Source: a virus
Taxonomy: Duplodnaviria > Caudoviricetes
Length of the DNA: 64,000 nucleotides
IMG/VR virus record: IMGVR_UViG_3300020469_000008
Location: 32,001-96,000 of that record
Reading direction: 5' to 3' (one strand)
The notes under the pieces are model-generated. The model worked only from the letters and a program-made list of their open reading frames with translations. It did no database searches and was not told the origin of the DNA. This document shows positions 1-10,455 of this stretch, in pieces (the stretch's first letter is position 1; every line of letters starts with the position of its first letter). A program made the position numbers and the translations under genes.

Positions 1-1
1 A

Positions 2-196
2 ACAGATAATGTTGAGGTAACGATTAAACAAGTAGAAAACGCTTGCGCATTCGTCAATACTTGCTCTGACGAAATGTTAGTTAATTTTATGAATATGATT
101 ATGGAAACAAAGAACCTTCCTACAATTAGAAAATTTCACAAACTCTTAAGTAGTAAAGTTGTAGAAGCAGTTAATGCGGCAAACACAATAACTTAA
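2..196 (+). CDS. 3' end of a gene that starts upstream of the window (possibly a MoxR-type AAA+ partner of the next gene)
   Basis: Open frame 2 from the window edge, TDNVEVTIKQVENACAFVNTC...AANTIT*, TAA at 194-196. The MoxR guess comes only from adjacency to a vWA gene. Confidence 0.55.
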   Translation, partial: TDNVEVTIKQVENACAFVNTCSDEMLVNFMNMIMETKNLPTIRKFHKLLSSKVVEAVNAANTIT

Positions 197-198
197 TT

Positions 199-227
199 GT
201 GCAACCGCTAAAACTATGCTATATAAT
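199..227 (+). promoter_or_regulatory. sigma70-like early promoter candidate
   Basis: GTGCAA-17 nt-TATAAT, then GGAGG RBS before ATG 250; shares the 12-mer ATGCTATATAAT with the promoter upstream of recA. Confidence 0.55.
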
Positions 228-249
228 ATAAACAACCACAGGAGGTTAT

Positions 250-1578
250 ATGAGTGAAGTATTGGAAAAAGTAGAAGAAGTTGAGTTAATGTCAAAAGAA
301 AGATTTGACAAAATTATGTTAAAATTCTTAATTGACGAACCGTTCTTCTCCGACATCATGCGCCATATTAGAAAGGAAATGACAAATATTATTCCTACAG
401 CAGGTGTTATGTGTCAAGATGACAATATTGTTATGTACTGGAATCCTAAGTTTGTTGCTAGCCTGACAGTTAAGAAGGTGTTTGGTTTACTTAAACACGA
501 ATGTTATCACTTGATATATCAACACTGTACATCCAGAAAGCAAGACCCACACTTGATGTGGAATATCGCTACAGACTTGGCAATTAATTGCACATTACTT
601 GAATCAGAACTACCTGACGGTGGTTTGGTACCAGGTAAACCCACTAAGCAGCCAGAAGATGTGTCACATTTACCAAAAGAGTTACTTGAGCAATCGCAAA
701 AAATGTCAGATTTTATTGAGTCTTTACCTTCGCATAAATCATCTGAGTGGTACATGGAAACTATCATGAACAATGATGAAATGCAAGAGGCAATAAACGA
801 CTGTATGGGACCCAAATCAATTATGGTTGGCAAACCTGGAGATGGCGATGGTGAAGGTCAAGCGGGAACATGTGCAGGTTTTGACTATCACTTCGACAAT
901 GAAGACATGTCCGAGGGTGACAAGGCACTAATTGATGCAAAAGTCAAAGATATCATTGAAAAAGCAGCAAAGCGAGCAGATAGAACAAATAGCTGGGGTT
1001 CAGTAAGTTCAGATGCAAGAGGCCAGATTCGCTCAATGATGTCCAAATCAATTGACTGGAAATCAGTTCTTCAGTACTTTTGTGGTACAAAACAACGTGC
1101 TAATCGTTCACGTAGTTTTAGAAAGATTAATCGAAAGTACCCATATATTCACCCCGGTCGAAAGACTAGTCATACTTCTAACATTGTAATCTACATTGAC
1201 CAGTCTGGATCTGTAGGTGATGATGACTTAGAATTGTTCTTCAGTGCACTAAATGACTTGGCTAGTCGCGTAACCTTTACAATCTTTCACTTTGACACTT
1301 CAGTCGATGAAAATAGCAAGCATATTTGGCGAAAGCGCAAAAAGATTGATAAGGCTTACCGAACACGTGGTGGTGGAACTTGTTTTAACGCTGCTGAAGA
1401 CCACTTTCGAAAGGTAGCAGGTGAGTATGACGGTTATATTATTATGACTGATGGGTATGCACCTAAACCAAAAACTTGTATATCTAAAAGATGCTGGGTA
1501 TTATTACCAGGTATAAAACCATCATTTCAAATTGACAAAAGAGATACTGTTGTCTTGATGGAGCGAGATAAAAAATAG
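250..1578 (+). CDS. putative metallopeptidase + vWA-like domain protein (DUF2201-like)
   Basis: N-terminal HExxH (LKHECYH), acidic Gly-rich linker, C-terminal MIDAS-like YIDQSGSV, GGGTCF and IIMTDG. Confidence 0.8.
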   Translation: MSEVLEKVEEVELMSKERFDKIMLKFLIDEPFFSDIMRHIRKEMTNIIPTAGVMCQDDNIVMYWNPKFVASLTVKKVFGLLKHECYHLIYQHCTSRKQDPHLMWNIATDLAINCTLLESELPDGGLVPGKPTKQPEDVSHLPKELLEQSQKMSDFIESLPSHKSSEWYMETIMNNDEMQEAINDCMGPKSIMVGKPGDGDGEGQAGTCAGFDYHFDNEDMSEGDKALIDAKVKDIIEKAAKRADRTNSWGSVSSDARGQIRSMMSKSIDWKSVLQYFCGTKQRANRSRSFRKINRKYPYIHPGRKTSHTSNIVIYIDQSGSVGDDDLELFFSALNDLASRVTFTIFHFDTSVDENSKHIWRKRKKIDKAYRTRGGGTCFNAAEDHFRKVAGEYDGYIIMTDGYAPKPKTCISKRCWVLLPGIKPSFQIDKRDTVVLMERDKK

Positions 1579-1585
1579 GGGAAAT

Positions 1586-4500
1586 ATGAAGATATTGCAC
1601 ATTGCAGACGTCCACTGGCGAGGATTATCCAGACATCAAGAGTATGTACTTGCATTTAAAGATATGTTTAGACAAGCAAAAGAACTTGAACCTGACATAA
1701 TTTATGTGGGCGGTGATATCGTTCATTCTAAGACCCAAGGGATATCCCCAGAGTTAATTGAATGTTTGTGTTGGTGGTTTAATGGTCTAGCTGAGATAGC
1801 ACCAACACACGTTATTCTTGGGAATCACGACGGTTTAATTCTAAATAAGGATAGACAAGATGCAATTACACCGATTATTGAAGCATTGGATAACCCTAAT
1901 ATTTTCTTATACAAATATTCAGGAACATATGAGTTCGCGCCAGGATATGAATGGTGTGTTTTGTCGTGTTTCGATGAAGAAAACTTCCACAGAGCAAGAC
2001 CTAGCAAAGATAATATCAGTATTGCACTATATCATGGTGCTGTGAGGGGTAGTCTGACTGACGTAGATTGGCAGTTAGAAGGTGAATCTGACCTAGATTT
2101 GTTTAAATCATATGATTTTGCAATGTTAGGTGACATACACAAAAGACAGTTTTTGAATAAGAAGGGTACTATTGCATATAGTGGTTCAACGATCCAACAA
2201 AATTTTGGTGAAGATAGTGAAAAAGGTTTTCTTTTATGGGATATTCGATCTGCTGATGACTTTTCTGTAGAATTCTATGAAGTAGAAAATCAATACCACT
2301 TTGTGACTGTTGACTGGCAAGGTGATGTTCAAAAAACTGTTAATAAATGTCGGGAATATCCTAATCTTTCTCGTTTTCGAATTAGAGCAGACAATTACAT
2401 AAGTCAGACGGATGCTCGTCGATTACAAAAGATATTAACAAAACAAAAAGCTGCTACGGAAGTTGTTTTTAAAGTTGATTCCAAATTTGATTCTGATAAG
2501 ATAGAAACGTCGACGACGTCAGGTATGTCTATTGATTTAAGAAGTCCAGAAAAACACAAAGAGCTGTTAAGCGAGTATTATAAAAATAACATGCTGTTGC
2601 CTGATGATGTAAAAAAGCTTGATGACTTAGTTGATAGAAGTTTATCTGAAATAATACAAACAGATAGCGATTTACGTAATGTTAAGTGGGCAATCAACAG
2701 TTTAAAATTTGATAATTGTTTCTCATATACCGACAGCAATTACATTAATTTTGAGAATCTGCCTGGAATTACAGGTATTTTTGGAAGAAATGCGCGCGGC
2801 AAATCATCAATAATTGGTACGATAGCGTACGCGCTATTTAACACTTCTGACAGGGGCAGTATTAAAAATATCCACTTGATTAATACACGAAAAAATTCAT
2901 GCAAGGCACAACTGGATATATCAATTAATAATGTGCCATATCGTATCACCAGACAAACAGTAAAGAAGCAAACCAAGAAAAATCTGTGGGCACCCACTAC
3001 ACTTAAATTTTATCGTTTAGATAAAACAGGTGAGGTGATAGAAGATTTAACAGAAGAACAACGTCGTGAAACAGAGAAGATTATTCGAGGTATGATTGGT
3101 TCGTCAGAAGAGTTTTTAATGACATCGCTAGCGTCACAAGGCGATATGAATAATTTTATCAAAGAAAAGGCAACTGCGAGAAAGTCAATATTAGCAAATT
3201 TTCTTGACTTGACTGTTTTTGATGCTATGAATGAGTTTGCTAAAAAAGAATGTGCTTTATTAAAACAACAAGCATCAACAATCAACCGAGGTGACTGGGA
3301 TAAGCAAATCAGTATTAAGGAGAATAGCATTGAATCGATTAAATCGTCTATAACTACTGAAGAACAAAATATAGCAAAACTTAAAAAAGATTATGAAACA
3401 TATGTTAAAGAATTACACTCAAGTGCTGATGATGATTACATAAGCGAATCTGAAGTTGCGTCAGCAAAAACAAAGTGGTTAAAGAGTATACGTCAGGTGG
3501 AAAAAGCAGAAAAGCAACTTGACATATTAAAGGATGAAATATTTGATACTGAACAAAAAATAGAAAAAGTTGAGTTATTCTTGTCCAATTTTGATGTTGA
3601 AAAAATCAAAGAAAAAAGAGACGCGCAAAGAAAAATAACACAATTACTAAAAGATATGCAAAGTGACCTAAGAATTGAAAGAAAAGAATTGGACTCAATT
3701 GAGAAGTTAAGTAAAAAACTTACACCTTGTGATTGTTTCGAACACAAACCTAGTTGCAAGTATTTAAAAAAATCAAATGAAAGCAAGCAAAAGTTTAACA
3801 AGCAGCGAGATAAAGTAACAGCACTTAAAATAAAAGTGGATGATCTAAAGGTCGCATTTAAAAAGTTAGGAAAAGAAGATTATGATGAAAAGCTTGACAA
3901 ATATAATGCGATTGTCCAAAGAAAGTCACAATTAGTAACATCAATTACAGAAACAAGAATTAAAATTAACGGTTATGAAAAAGACATAGAAAATATCAGC
4001 CCACATGTTCCTGAATTTAGAACTACGTATGTTGACTTAAAAGAGAAGTTTGAAAGTCAAGACTCAAATGAAGGACAACTTCTTTTAGAGCGAAAAATCA
4101 AACAAACAAATAATGATATAAAGATAAGTGATAAGAGTAGAACATCATTAATCACAAATTTAGCAAAAGAAAAAGCTGAGAAGAATTTACTAGCAAAGCA
4201 AAAACGTGAATTTGAAAGAATAAGCAAATCATTGCGCGCTTACGACTTGTTTTTGCAAGCAACTTCGCATAAAGGTATACCTGTTCAAATTATCCACTCA
4301 ATGTTACCACAAATCAATGCTGAAATTTCAAAAATTCTTAAAGGTGTTGTGGGGTTCACAGTGGAACTAGAAGCAGATCTAGATAGTAATTCAATGGATA
4401 TATTTATTAATTACGGTGATAGTAAACGCATTGTTGAATTAGGTTCGGGTATGGAGAAGATGATGGCATCACTCGCAATCCGTGTTGCTTTAATTAATGT

Positions 4501-4717
4501 TTCTTCATTGCCAAAGACAAGCATGCTGATGATTGATGAAGGTTTTGGTGCATTAGATGAAACAAACTTAGAAGCTTGTGGTAAACTATTACAGTCACTT
4601 AAAAAGTGGTTTAAAAATATATTAGTAATATCGCATATCGATGCGATTAAAGATATCGTTGACAACAACATCGATATAATGAAGAAAGGTGTAGATTCAT
4701 ATGTTTATCAACCCTAA
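1586..4717 (+). CDS. fused Mre11/SbcD nuclease - Rad50/SbcC ATPase (T4 gp47+gp46-like)
   Basis: Metallophosphoesterase motifs HIADVH, GGDIVH, GNHD, GDIH; Walker A GRNARGKS; long coiled coil with central Cys cluster; GSGMEK signature; Walker B MLMIDEGFGALD; H-loop ISH. Confidence 0.9.
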   Translation: MKILHIADVHWRGLSRHQEYVLAFKDMFRQAKELEPDIIYVGGDIVHSKTQGISPELIECLCWWFNGLAEIAPTHVILGNHDGLILNKDRQDAITPIIEALDNPNIFLYKYSGTYEFAPGYEWCVLSCFDEENFHRARPSKDNISIALYHGAVRGSLTDVDWQLEGESDLDLFKSYDFAMLGDIHKRQFLNKKGTIAYSGSTIQQNFGEDSEKGFLLWDIRSADDFSVEFYEVENQYHFVTVDWQGDVQKTVNKCREYPNLSRFRIRADNYISQTDARRLQKILTKQKAATEVVFKVDSKFDSDKIETSTTSGMSIDLRSPEKHKELLSEYYKNNMLLPDDVKKLDDLVDRSLSEIIQTDSDLRNVKWAINSLKFDNCFSYTDSNYINFENLPGITGIFGRNARGKSSIIGTIAYALFNTSDRGSIKNIHLINTRKNSCKAQLDISINNVPYRITRQTVKKQTKKNLWAPTTLKFYRLDKTGEVIEDLTEEQRRETEKIIRGMIGSSEEFLMTSLASQGDMNNFIKEKATARKSILANFLDLTVFDAMNEFAKKECALLKQQASTINRGDWDKQISIKENSIESIKSSITTEEQNIAKLKKDYETYVKELHSSADDDYISESEVASAKTKWLKSIRQVEKAEKQLDILKDEIFDTEQKIEKVELFLSNFDVEKIKEKRDAQRKITQLLKDMQSDLRIERKELDSIEKLSKKLTPCDCFEHKPSCKYLKKSNESKQKFNKQRDKVTALKIKVDDLKVAFKKLGKEDYDEKLDKYNAIVQRKSQLVTSITETRIKINGYEKDIENISPHVPEFRTTYVDLKEKFESQDSNEGQLLLERKIKQTNNDIKISDKSRTSLITNLAKEKAEKNLLAKQKREFERISKSLRAYDLFLQATSHKGIPVQIIHSMLPQINAEISKILKGVVGFTVELEADLDSNSMDIFINYGDSKRIVELGSGMEKMMASLAIRVALINVSSLPKTSMLMIDEGFGALDETNLEACGKLLQSLKKWFKNILVISHIDAIKDIVDNNIDIMKKGVDSYVYQP

Positions 4718-4961
4718 AATAAAAGTTATCGGTGATTGTAAAAAAGAGAGATTTTATTGTGACATATGTCATTATCCCCTTTTGTCATCTGAAGACTTTG
4801 AAAAAGACAGCGAATACGATTGTTGTCACAAATGTTATTTGCAATTTGCTGAGTCACGCAGAGATGAGTGGAAAAATGGTTGGCGACCAAAAAAAGCAGT
4901 TGTGAATAGTTATATATCTATAAGACGTAAACTTTATAAGCAGTCTAGTAAGGAGAAATAA
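4701..4961 (+). CDS. small zinc-finger hypothetical protein
   Basis: CDIC and CHKC pairs; overlaps the upstream stop; RBS for the next gene at its 3' end. Confidence 0.65.
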   Translation: MFINPKIKVIGDCKKERFYCDICHYPLLSSEDFEKDSEYDCCHKCYLQFAESRRDEWKNGWRPKKAVVNSYISIRRKLYKQSSKEK

Positions 4962-4962
4962 A

Positions 4963-5421
4963 ATGGCATTAAGTTTTGAAGAAGTAAATGTGTTAGGAAA
5001 TTTAATTAATGACACGTATGGAAAACCCTCAACACAAACGGGTTACAATTCAACCGATCAAGGGGGTAATCCGAGGTACAGTGGTTACTCATCTGCTGGT
5101 CCCGGCTCAGTTAACTCAGTAGCAACTAAAGCTAGTCTTCAGGGAGAAAACCTTTGTGTTACTTCACTTTGCATTGTTAACTTAGGCCCCCACGGTCATC
5201 AACATCAAGTAATACAACAAACTGAAAATGAGTTAAATCAGCACATTAATGCGTATATGAAAGAGCTGAAGAAAAATTTTAAAAAGAAAGAATACGCGGG
5301 TCGTGCTTTAAAAGCAAAAGAAGATAAAAATAAAAGAACAACTGACGTTCAAATGATTAATCATTATGCTGAAACACGTCAAGCCTATATTTATAGAAGA
5401 GCTTATTTCGAGATTAATTGA
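4963..5421 (+). CDS. hypothetical protein directly upstream of terminase
   Basis: AAGGAG RBS; TGA overlaps the terminase ATG (TGATG). Confidence 0.7.
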   Translation: MALSFEEVNVLGNLINDTYGKPSTQTGYNSTDQGGNPRYSGYSSAGPGSVNSVATKASLQGENLCVTSLCIVNLGPHGHQHQVIQQTENELNQHINAYMKELKKNFKKKEYAGRALKAKEDKNKRTTDVQMINHYAETRQAYIYRRAYFEIN

Positions 5422-7046
5422 TGGCGCGCCTGAGTAAACAAGCACAAGTAAAAGAAATAATAAGGTGTGGTAAAGATCCAAACTATTTCTTTAAAAATTA
5501 CTTGAAGATACAACATCCTGTTAGGGGTTTGATACCGTTTCAAATGTACCCCTTTCAGGAAGAGTGTGTTGAAGAATTTAACGACCACAGATTTAACATT
5601 ATACTTAAGTCACGTCAGTTAGGAATATCAACGCTCACTGCTGCTTACTCAGTTTGGATGGCAATATTTAAAAAAGAAAAGAATATTCTTATTATTGCAA
5701 CAAAACTTAAAGTTGCTCAGAACTTTATCATCAAAGTAAAGACTATGATTCGTTCTTTACCAAAATGGTTGCTACTTCCAGAGATTGTATCCAACAACAA
5801 GCAAGAGATAATGTTCTCGCACGGTTCACAAATTAAAGCAATTCCAACTTCAGATGATGCCGGACGATCTGAGGCATTGTCACTTCTCATTATAGATGAG
5901 GCTGCTTTTGTTAGAAACTTTGACACGATTTGGACAGGTATCTATCCCACAATCTCAACGGGTGGTCGGGTCGTAATTTTGTCAACACCCAATGGAGTTG
6001 GAGGTCAATATCACAAACTATATACAGAAGCTGAAGCTGGTGTTAATGAGTTTAATCCTATTAAGCTCATGTGGGATGTGCATCCAGAACGCGGTGAAGA
6101 GTGGTTTAGTCAAGTAACAGCAAACTTATCTAAAAGACAAATAGCACAAGAATATTTGTGTGACTTTGCTATCTCTGGAGAAACGTACTTAGATACGAAT
6201 ACATTAGAATGGATCAGCAAGATTGTCGAAGCTCCGAAAATGAGAGAAGGCCCAGATAACAACGTTTGGATATGGAAGCAACCATTAACAGAACATGAGT
6301 ACGTTATATCTGCTGATGTATCTCGAGGTGATGCAAAAGACTTTTCTACTTTCCATATTATTGACGTTAATGAATCAGAGGTTGTTGCTGAGTATAAAGG
6401 AAAAATTCGTCCTGACACTTTTGCCGAACTCATTAATACGTACGGAATGAAGTACAATAAGGCTTTAGTATGTCCAGAAAACAATAGTTACGGATATGCA
6501 ACAATATTAAAGTTGCAAGAATTAAAGTATCCTCGACTGTATTACCGACGTAGAAAAGGCGCGTATATCGGCAATTACGTTCCACAACAAACGCCAGATG
6601 TAGCCGGTTTTAACACAAACGGAAAAACACGTGGGACAGTTTTGGCAAAGTTAGAAGAAGTTTTAAGAAATAAACAACTCGCAGTATACTCTAGTAGGTT
6701 TTATGAGGAATTGAAAGTGTTTGCTGTAGGTTCAGACGGTCGTGCTTCAGCACGTCGCGGTTACAATGATGATTTAGTCATGAGTTTGGCAATTGGGACG
6801 TGGTTGTTTGATGCATCAGCTGACTACAGTAAAAACTCAAAAGCTTTAAACGATGCAATGTTAAAAGCAATGTCTCGGAATGCTACGCCTTACGGTGACA
6901 CGCCTGAAGCTGTGACAGCACCAATCAGTATTTTTGGTAGAGGTAGTGTTTCAAGTCAAAATAGAGATACAGGGCCTAGAAAGAGTGAGTTTACAAGTAA
7001 AGCTAGGGATAAAATTAACATAAAAGACCATAAATGGTTGTTTTAG
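5421..7046 (+). CDS. terminase large subunit (T4 gp17-like)
   Basis: Q-motif YPFQ, Walker A LKSRQLGIST, Walker B LLIIDEAAF, STPNG, nuclease ISADVSRG and NDDLVMS. ATG at 5421 preferred over TTG 5418. Confidence 0.95.
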   Translation: MARLSKQAQVKEIIRCGKDPNYFFKNYLKIQHPVRGLIPFQMYPFQEECVEEFNDHRFNIILKSRQLGISTLTAAYSVWMAIFKKEKNILIIATKLKVAQNFIIKVKTMIRSLPKWLLLPEIVSNNKQEIMFSHGSQIKAIPTSDDAGRSEALSLLIIDEAAFVRNFDTIWTGIYPTISTGGRVVILSTPNGVGGQYHKLYTEAEAGVNEFNPIKLMWDVHPERGEEWFSQVTANLSKRQIAQEYLCDFAISGETYLDTNTLEWISKIVEAPKMREGPDNNVWIWKQPLTEHEYVISADVSRGDAKDFSTFHIIDVNESEVVAEYKGKIRPDTFAELINTYGMKYNKALVCPENNSYGYATILKLQELKYPRLYYRRRKGAYIGNYVPQQTPDVAGFNTNGKTRGTVLAKLEEVLRNKQLAVYSSRFYEELKVFAVGSDGRASARRGYNDDLVMSLAIGTWLFDASADYSKNSKALNDAMLKAMSRNATPYGDTPEAVTAPISIFGRGSVSSQNRDTGPRKSEFTSKARDKINIKDHKWLF

Positions 7047-7054
7047 GATGAAAA

Positions 7055-9022
7055 ATGGCAAATAATGACAGAAATTTATTTAAGCGCTTAACAAGGCTTT
7101 TTAGAAGTGGGCCAGTTGTCAAGCGTAATGTTTTAAGAAATGCAGACAAAAACTACACATCAACAGCGTTTGACCAGTTTAGAAAAAATCAGTCGCAAGT
7201 GTATAGTAATGCAATGTCTGCATATGGTACGTATGACAGAATGGCACGTTACTCTGATTTTTCAGAAATGGAATACACACCTGAGATTGCTAGTGCACTG
7301 GACATATACTCAGAAGAAGCAGTTTCTGCAGATGAAGCGGGTAAAACCTTACACATTTATTCAGATAATACAAAGATTAGACAAATACTTACTGAGCTAT
7401 TTTATGATACACTTAATGTTGAATTTAATATGTCTTCATGGGTGAGAAATCTAGTAAAATACGGTGATTGCTTTCTGTTTAATGATGTTCATCCTAAACA
7501 CGGTGTAATTAATTGCATGCCTTTGCCTATATCAGAAGTAGAAAGAGAAGAAGGTTTTGATCCTAACGATCCTATGGCAGTTCGTTTTAGATGGGTAACA
7601 CAGGGTAATCAGGTATTAGAAAACTGGCAAGTATCACATATGAGGCTTTTAGGAAACGATGCATTTTTACCTTACGGTTCTTCTATTTTGGAACCAGCAA
7701 GAAGAATATGGCGCCAGATGATTTTATTAGAAGACGCAATGATGGTGCACAGAATTGTTAGAGCACCTGATCGCCGTGTTTTTTACATTGATGTTGGTAA
7801 TGTACCTCCCGAAGAGGTTGCAAATTATATGGAACAAGCACAGTCATCGCTTAAACGTACTTCTATTGTTGACAAGAACAACGGTCGGGTTGATTTACGA
7901 TATAACCCACTTTCTGTTGATGAGGACTATTTTATTCCTGTTCGAGGTGGAGAAAGTGGGACAAAAATTGATGTTGTGGGTGGCCAGACAATTCAAGGTG
8001 AAACACAAGACGTAGAATATATTCAAAAGAAATTATTTGCTGCTCTTAAAATACCGAAAGCTTACTTGGGTTATGACGAGGGTTTAGGCGCCAAAGCAAC
8101 ACTATCACAAGAAGATATACGATTTAGTAGAACAATTGCCAGAATTCAAAGAACAATCTTATCAGAGATGAACAAGCTTGCAATTGTTCATCTATATTGT
8201 AACGGATTTAGCGATGAAGATCTACTAGACTTTAAATTAATGTTGTCAAATCCGTCGACAATTGCACAACAACAAAAATTAGAACTGTATAAGTCTAGAT
8301 TTGATGCTGCTGGTGCTGCCTTAGGTGTTTCTGGTGTTGTTGATAGAATTTGGGTGCAAAAAAACATACTAAGGTTTACAGACGAAGAAATCAAAGCAAT
8401 TCAAAGCGGTCTTCGTCAGGACAAAGTCTCTGACTTAGAAATTGAAGCCACACAGATAACAGCTCCTGAAGGGCCGGAAAATCCAGCAGCTGGTGCACCT
8501 CAATTTGACGGAGGAAACGTTGAACTTGGTGGTGGTGGTATTGATTTAGGTGCACTTTCTGAACAGCAGTCAATAGAGGATGATGAATTTCCAATTCGTG
8601 TTCAAAAATTAATTGAGCTCAATGTTGGTGCTTTAGAAGAAGAAGAAGATGATGATGACGATTTAAACAAAAGTAGCACTGATAATTCAAGCTCTTTAAG
8701 GACAGGTGTTAATCCGTCCTTAAAGACTAGACGCAGAGATGATCCTGTTGACGCCGGAATGAGCAAGTTAAATTATGATCTAAAAGCATCGATTAAAGCA
8801 CCAAAGGCACCTTCTGCTAAAGATTTGCTTGAGTCAGATGATGATTTTAATATTGAAGATTATCTAGACGAACAAATAGTTGTTAATGCAACAATGAATA
8901 ACACATTAAAGTCGACATTACAGCGTTTTGATAATACTTATGGTACGCAACAACGCAACGTTAAGAATTCCATTATAATTTCTGAGAACAATTCTTCAGG
9001 AGAGGACACAGATGAAACATAA
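7055..9022 (+). CDS. portal protein (T4 gp20-like) with long acidic C-terminal extension
   Basis: RIVRAPDRRVFYIDVGNVPP, EDYFIPVRG, DVEYIQKKLFAALKIPKAYL; directly follows terminase. Confidence 0.93.
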   Translation: MANNDRNLFKRLTRLFRSGPVVKRNVLRNADKNYTSTAFDQFRKNQSQVYSNAMSAYGTYDRMARYSDFSEMEYTPEIASALDIYSEEAVSADEAGKTLHIYSDNTKIRQILTELFYDTLNVEFNMSSWVRNLVKYGDCFLFNDVHPKHGVINCMPLPISEVEREEGFDPNDPMAVRFRWVTQGNQVLENWQVSHMRLLGNDAFLPYGSSILEPARRIWRQMILLEDAMMVHRIVRAPDRRVFYIDVGNVPPEEVANYMEQAQSSLKRTSIVDKNNGRVDLRYNPLSVDEDYFIPVRGGESGTKIDVVGGQTIQGETQDVEYIQKKLFAALKIPKAYLGYDEGLGAKATLSQEDIRFSRTIARIQRTILSEMNKLAIVHLYCNGFSDEDLLDFKLMLSNPSTIAQQQKLELYKSRFDAAGAALGVSGVVDRIWVQKNILRFTDEEIKAIQSGLRQDKVSDLEIEATQITAPEGPENPAAGAPQFDGGNVELGGGGIDLGALSEQQSIEDDEFPIRVQKLIELNVGALEEEEDDDDDLNKSSTDNSSSLRTGVNPSLKTRRRDDPVDAGMSKLNYDLKASIKAPKAPSAKDLLESDDDFNIEDYLDEQIVVNATMNNTLKSTLQRFDNTYGTQQRNVKNSIIISENNSSGEDTDET

Positions 9023-9851
9023 TAAAAAAAGAAACGTAGGTATTATATACGAGCTTTTATTAAATCATATTAGTACAAAGCTTCTGGAAGGGAAGAAAAG
9101 AGAAGCAAAAACTGCAACTAAATTAATTGAAAAGCACTTTAAAAAAGGCACAGAGCTTTACAAAGAATTTAGGCTTTTTAACGCGCTTGCGAAATCAGAT
9201 ATAACACAAACACATGTTGTTGCATCAATATTAAATGAGGCAAAAATTGCTAGCAGAAATCTTAACGAAAGACAGTTAGAACGTGAAAAATCATCGCTAC
9301 TTAAAGACATAAACTATAAAATTAATGAGAAAGATTTCTATTATAGAAGTATTGACAATTATCGCGATCTAGGTTTAGTTCAACTGACACTCAATGAGTG
9401 GCGCAAAGATGATAGAGATATTAAGCGTCTAGTCGACTTCGAAACACGATTGGGTGCATTAATGTTAAAAGAGAAGAATAAAGTAAATGAGCAAAAGTAT
9501 GATGCGTCTCACAGTGACAGATTGGTTTTAAAGATCATGACTGAAAAATTTAATAAACGTTACGGTGAAGAACTAACCAGAGATCAACAAAAAATTATTG
9601 AAGGTTATGTTTTCTTATCTGATAAGGAACCTGACAATTTAAAAAAGTTTTTTGAAACCAAAAAAGAAGAAGCTTTGAACAGTTTAGAAAACTTTGAAGA
9701 TATATCTGATAATCGTTACTTGTTATCAAAATTGGACGAAGTTCGAAAGAAAATTAATAATTTACCCTCTAATGACATTAACGATGCAAATGTTGTTAAG
9801 TTTTTGACTCTTACAAAGATGATAAATGAAATTAAAAAGGAGATATCATAA
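9012..9851 (+). CDS. conserved head-module hypothetical protein (between portal and protease)
   Basis: 279 aa helical ORF starting MKHNKKRNVGIIYELL; overlaps the portal end; GAGGA RBS. Confidence 0.7.
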   Translation: MKHNKKRNVGIIYELLLNHISTKLLEGKKREAKTATKLIEKHFKKGTELYKEFRLFNALAKSDITQTHVVASILNEAKIASRNLNERQLEREKSSLLKDINYKINEKDFYYRSIDNYRDLGLVQLTLNEWRKDDRDIKRLVDFETRLGALMLKEKNKVNEQKYDASHSDRLVLKIMTEKFNKRYGEELTRDQQKIIEGYVFLSDKEPDNLKKFFETKKEEALNSLENFEDISDNRYLLSKLDEVRKKINNLPSNDINDANVVKFLTLTKMINEIKKEIS

Positions 9852-9852
9852 T

Positions 9853-10455
9853 ATGTCTGCAGAATTAAATGTTTTAAGAGAATGGACACCTATTTCTTGT
9901 TCAAAGGAAATGTTAAAGGAATCCCGCGAGCAATATGGAAAAATAATGTTGACGGGAATCATCCAAAAAGCAAACACCTTAAATCAAAATGGGCGAGTAT
10001 ATCCTAAGCCGATTCTAGAAAGAGAAATAATGAATTACCAAAAGATGATTCGTGAAAATAGAGCGCTGGGAGAATGCGATCATCCTGATTCGTCTGTAGT
10101 TGAATTAAAAAATGTATCACATATTGTGAGAGAAGCTTACATGCAAGGTGATGATGTCTATGGTAAGATAGAGATACTAGACACTCCTAGCGGTAAAATT
10201 ATACAGTCTTTAATTGAAAGTGGCATTACGCTTGGTATTTCATCACGTGGCGTAGGCTCAACTGTATCACAGGGTGGTAATCAGGTTGTACAAGACGATT
10301 TCCAGTTAATTTGTTTTGATATGGTGTCTGAACCGTCAACTCCCGGTGCATTTATGCTAAAGGAGCACAAAGTTTTAAGAAAAGATTTAGATAAAATTTT
10401 TAACCAAACAGATAAAATCGATAGAATGTTTAATGAGATTCTGAGGTGGGAATGA
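9853..10455 (+). CDS. prohead core protein protease (T4 gp21-like)
   Basis: GIIQKANTLNQNGRVYP, ALGECDHP, NVSHIV, LGISSRGVGS, FDMVSEPSTPGAF; start placed at ATG 9853 after GGAG. Confidence 0.93.
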   Translation: MSAELNVLREWTPISCSKEMLKESREQYGKIMLTGIIQKANTLNQNGRVYPKPILEREIMNYQKMIRENRALGECDHPDSSVVELKNVSHIVREAYMQGDDVYGKIEILDTPSGKIIQSLIESGITLGISSRGVGSTVSQGGNQVVQDDFQLICFDMVSEPSTPGAFMLKEHKVLRKDLDKIFNQTDKIDRMFNEILRWE

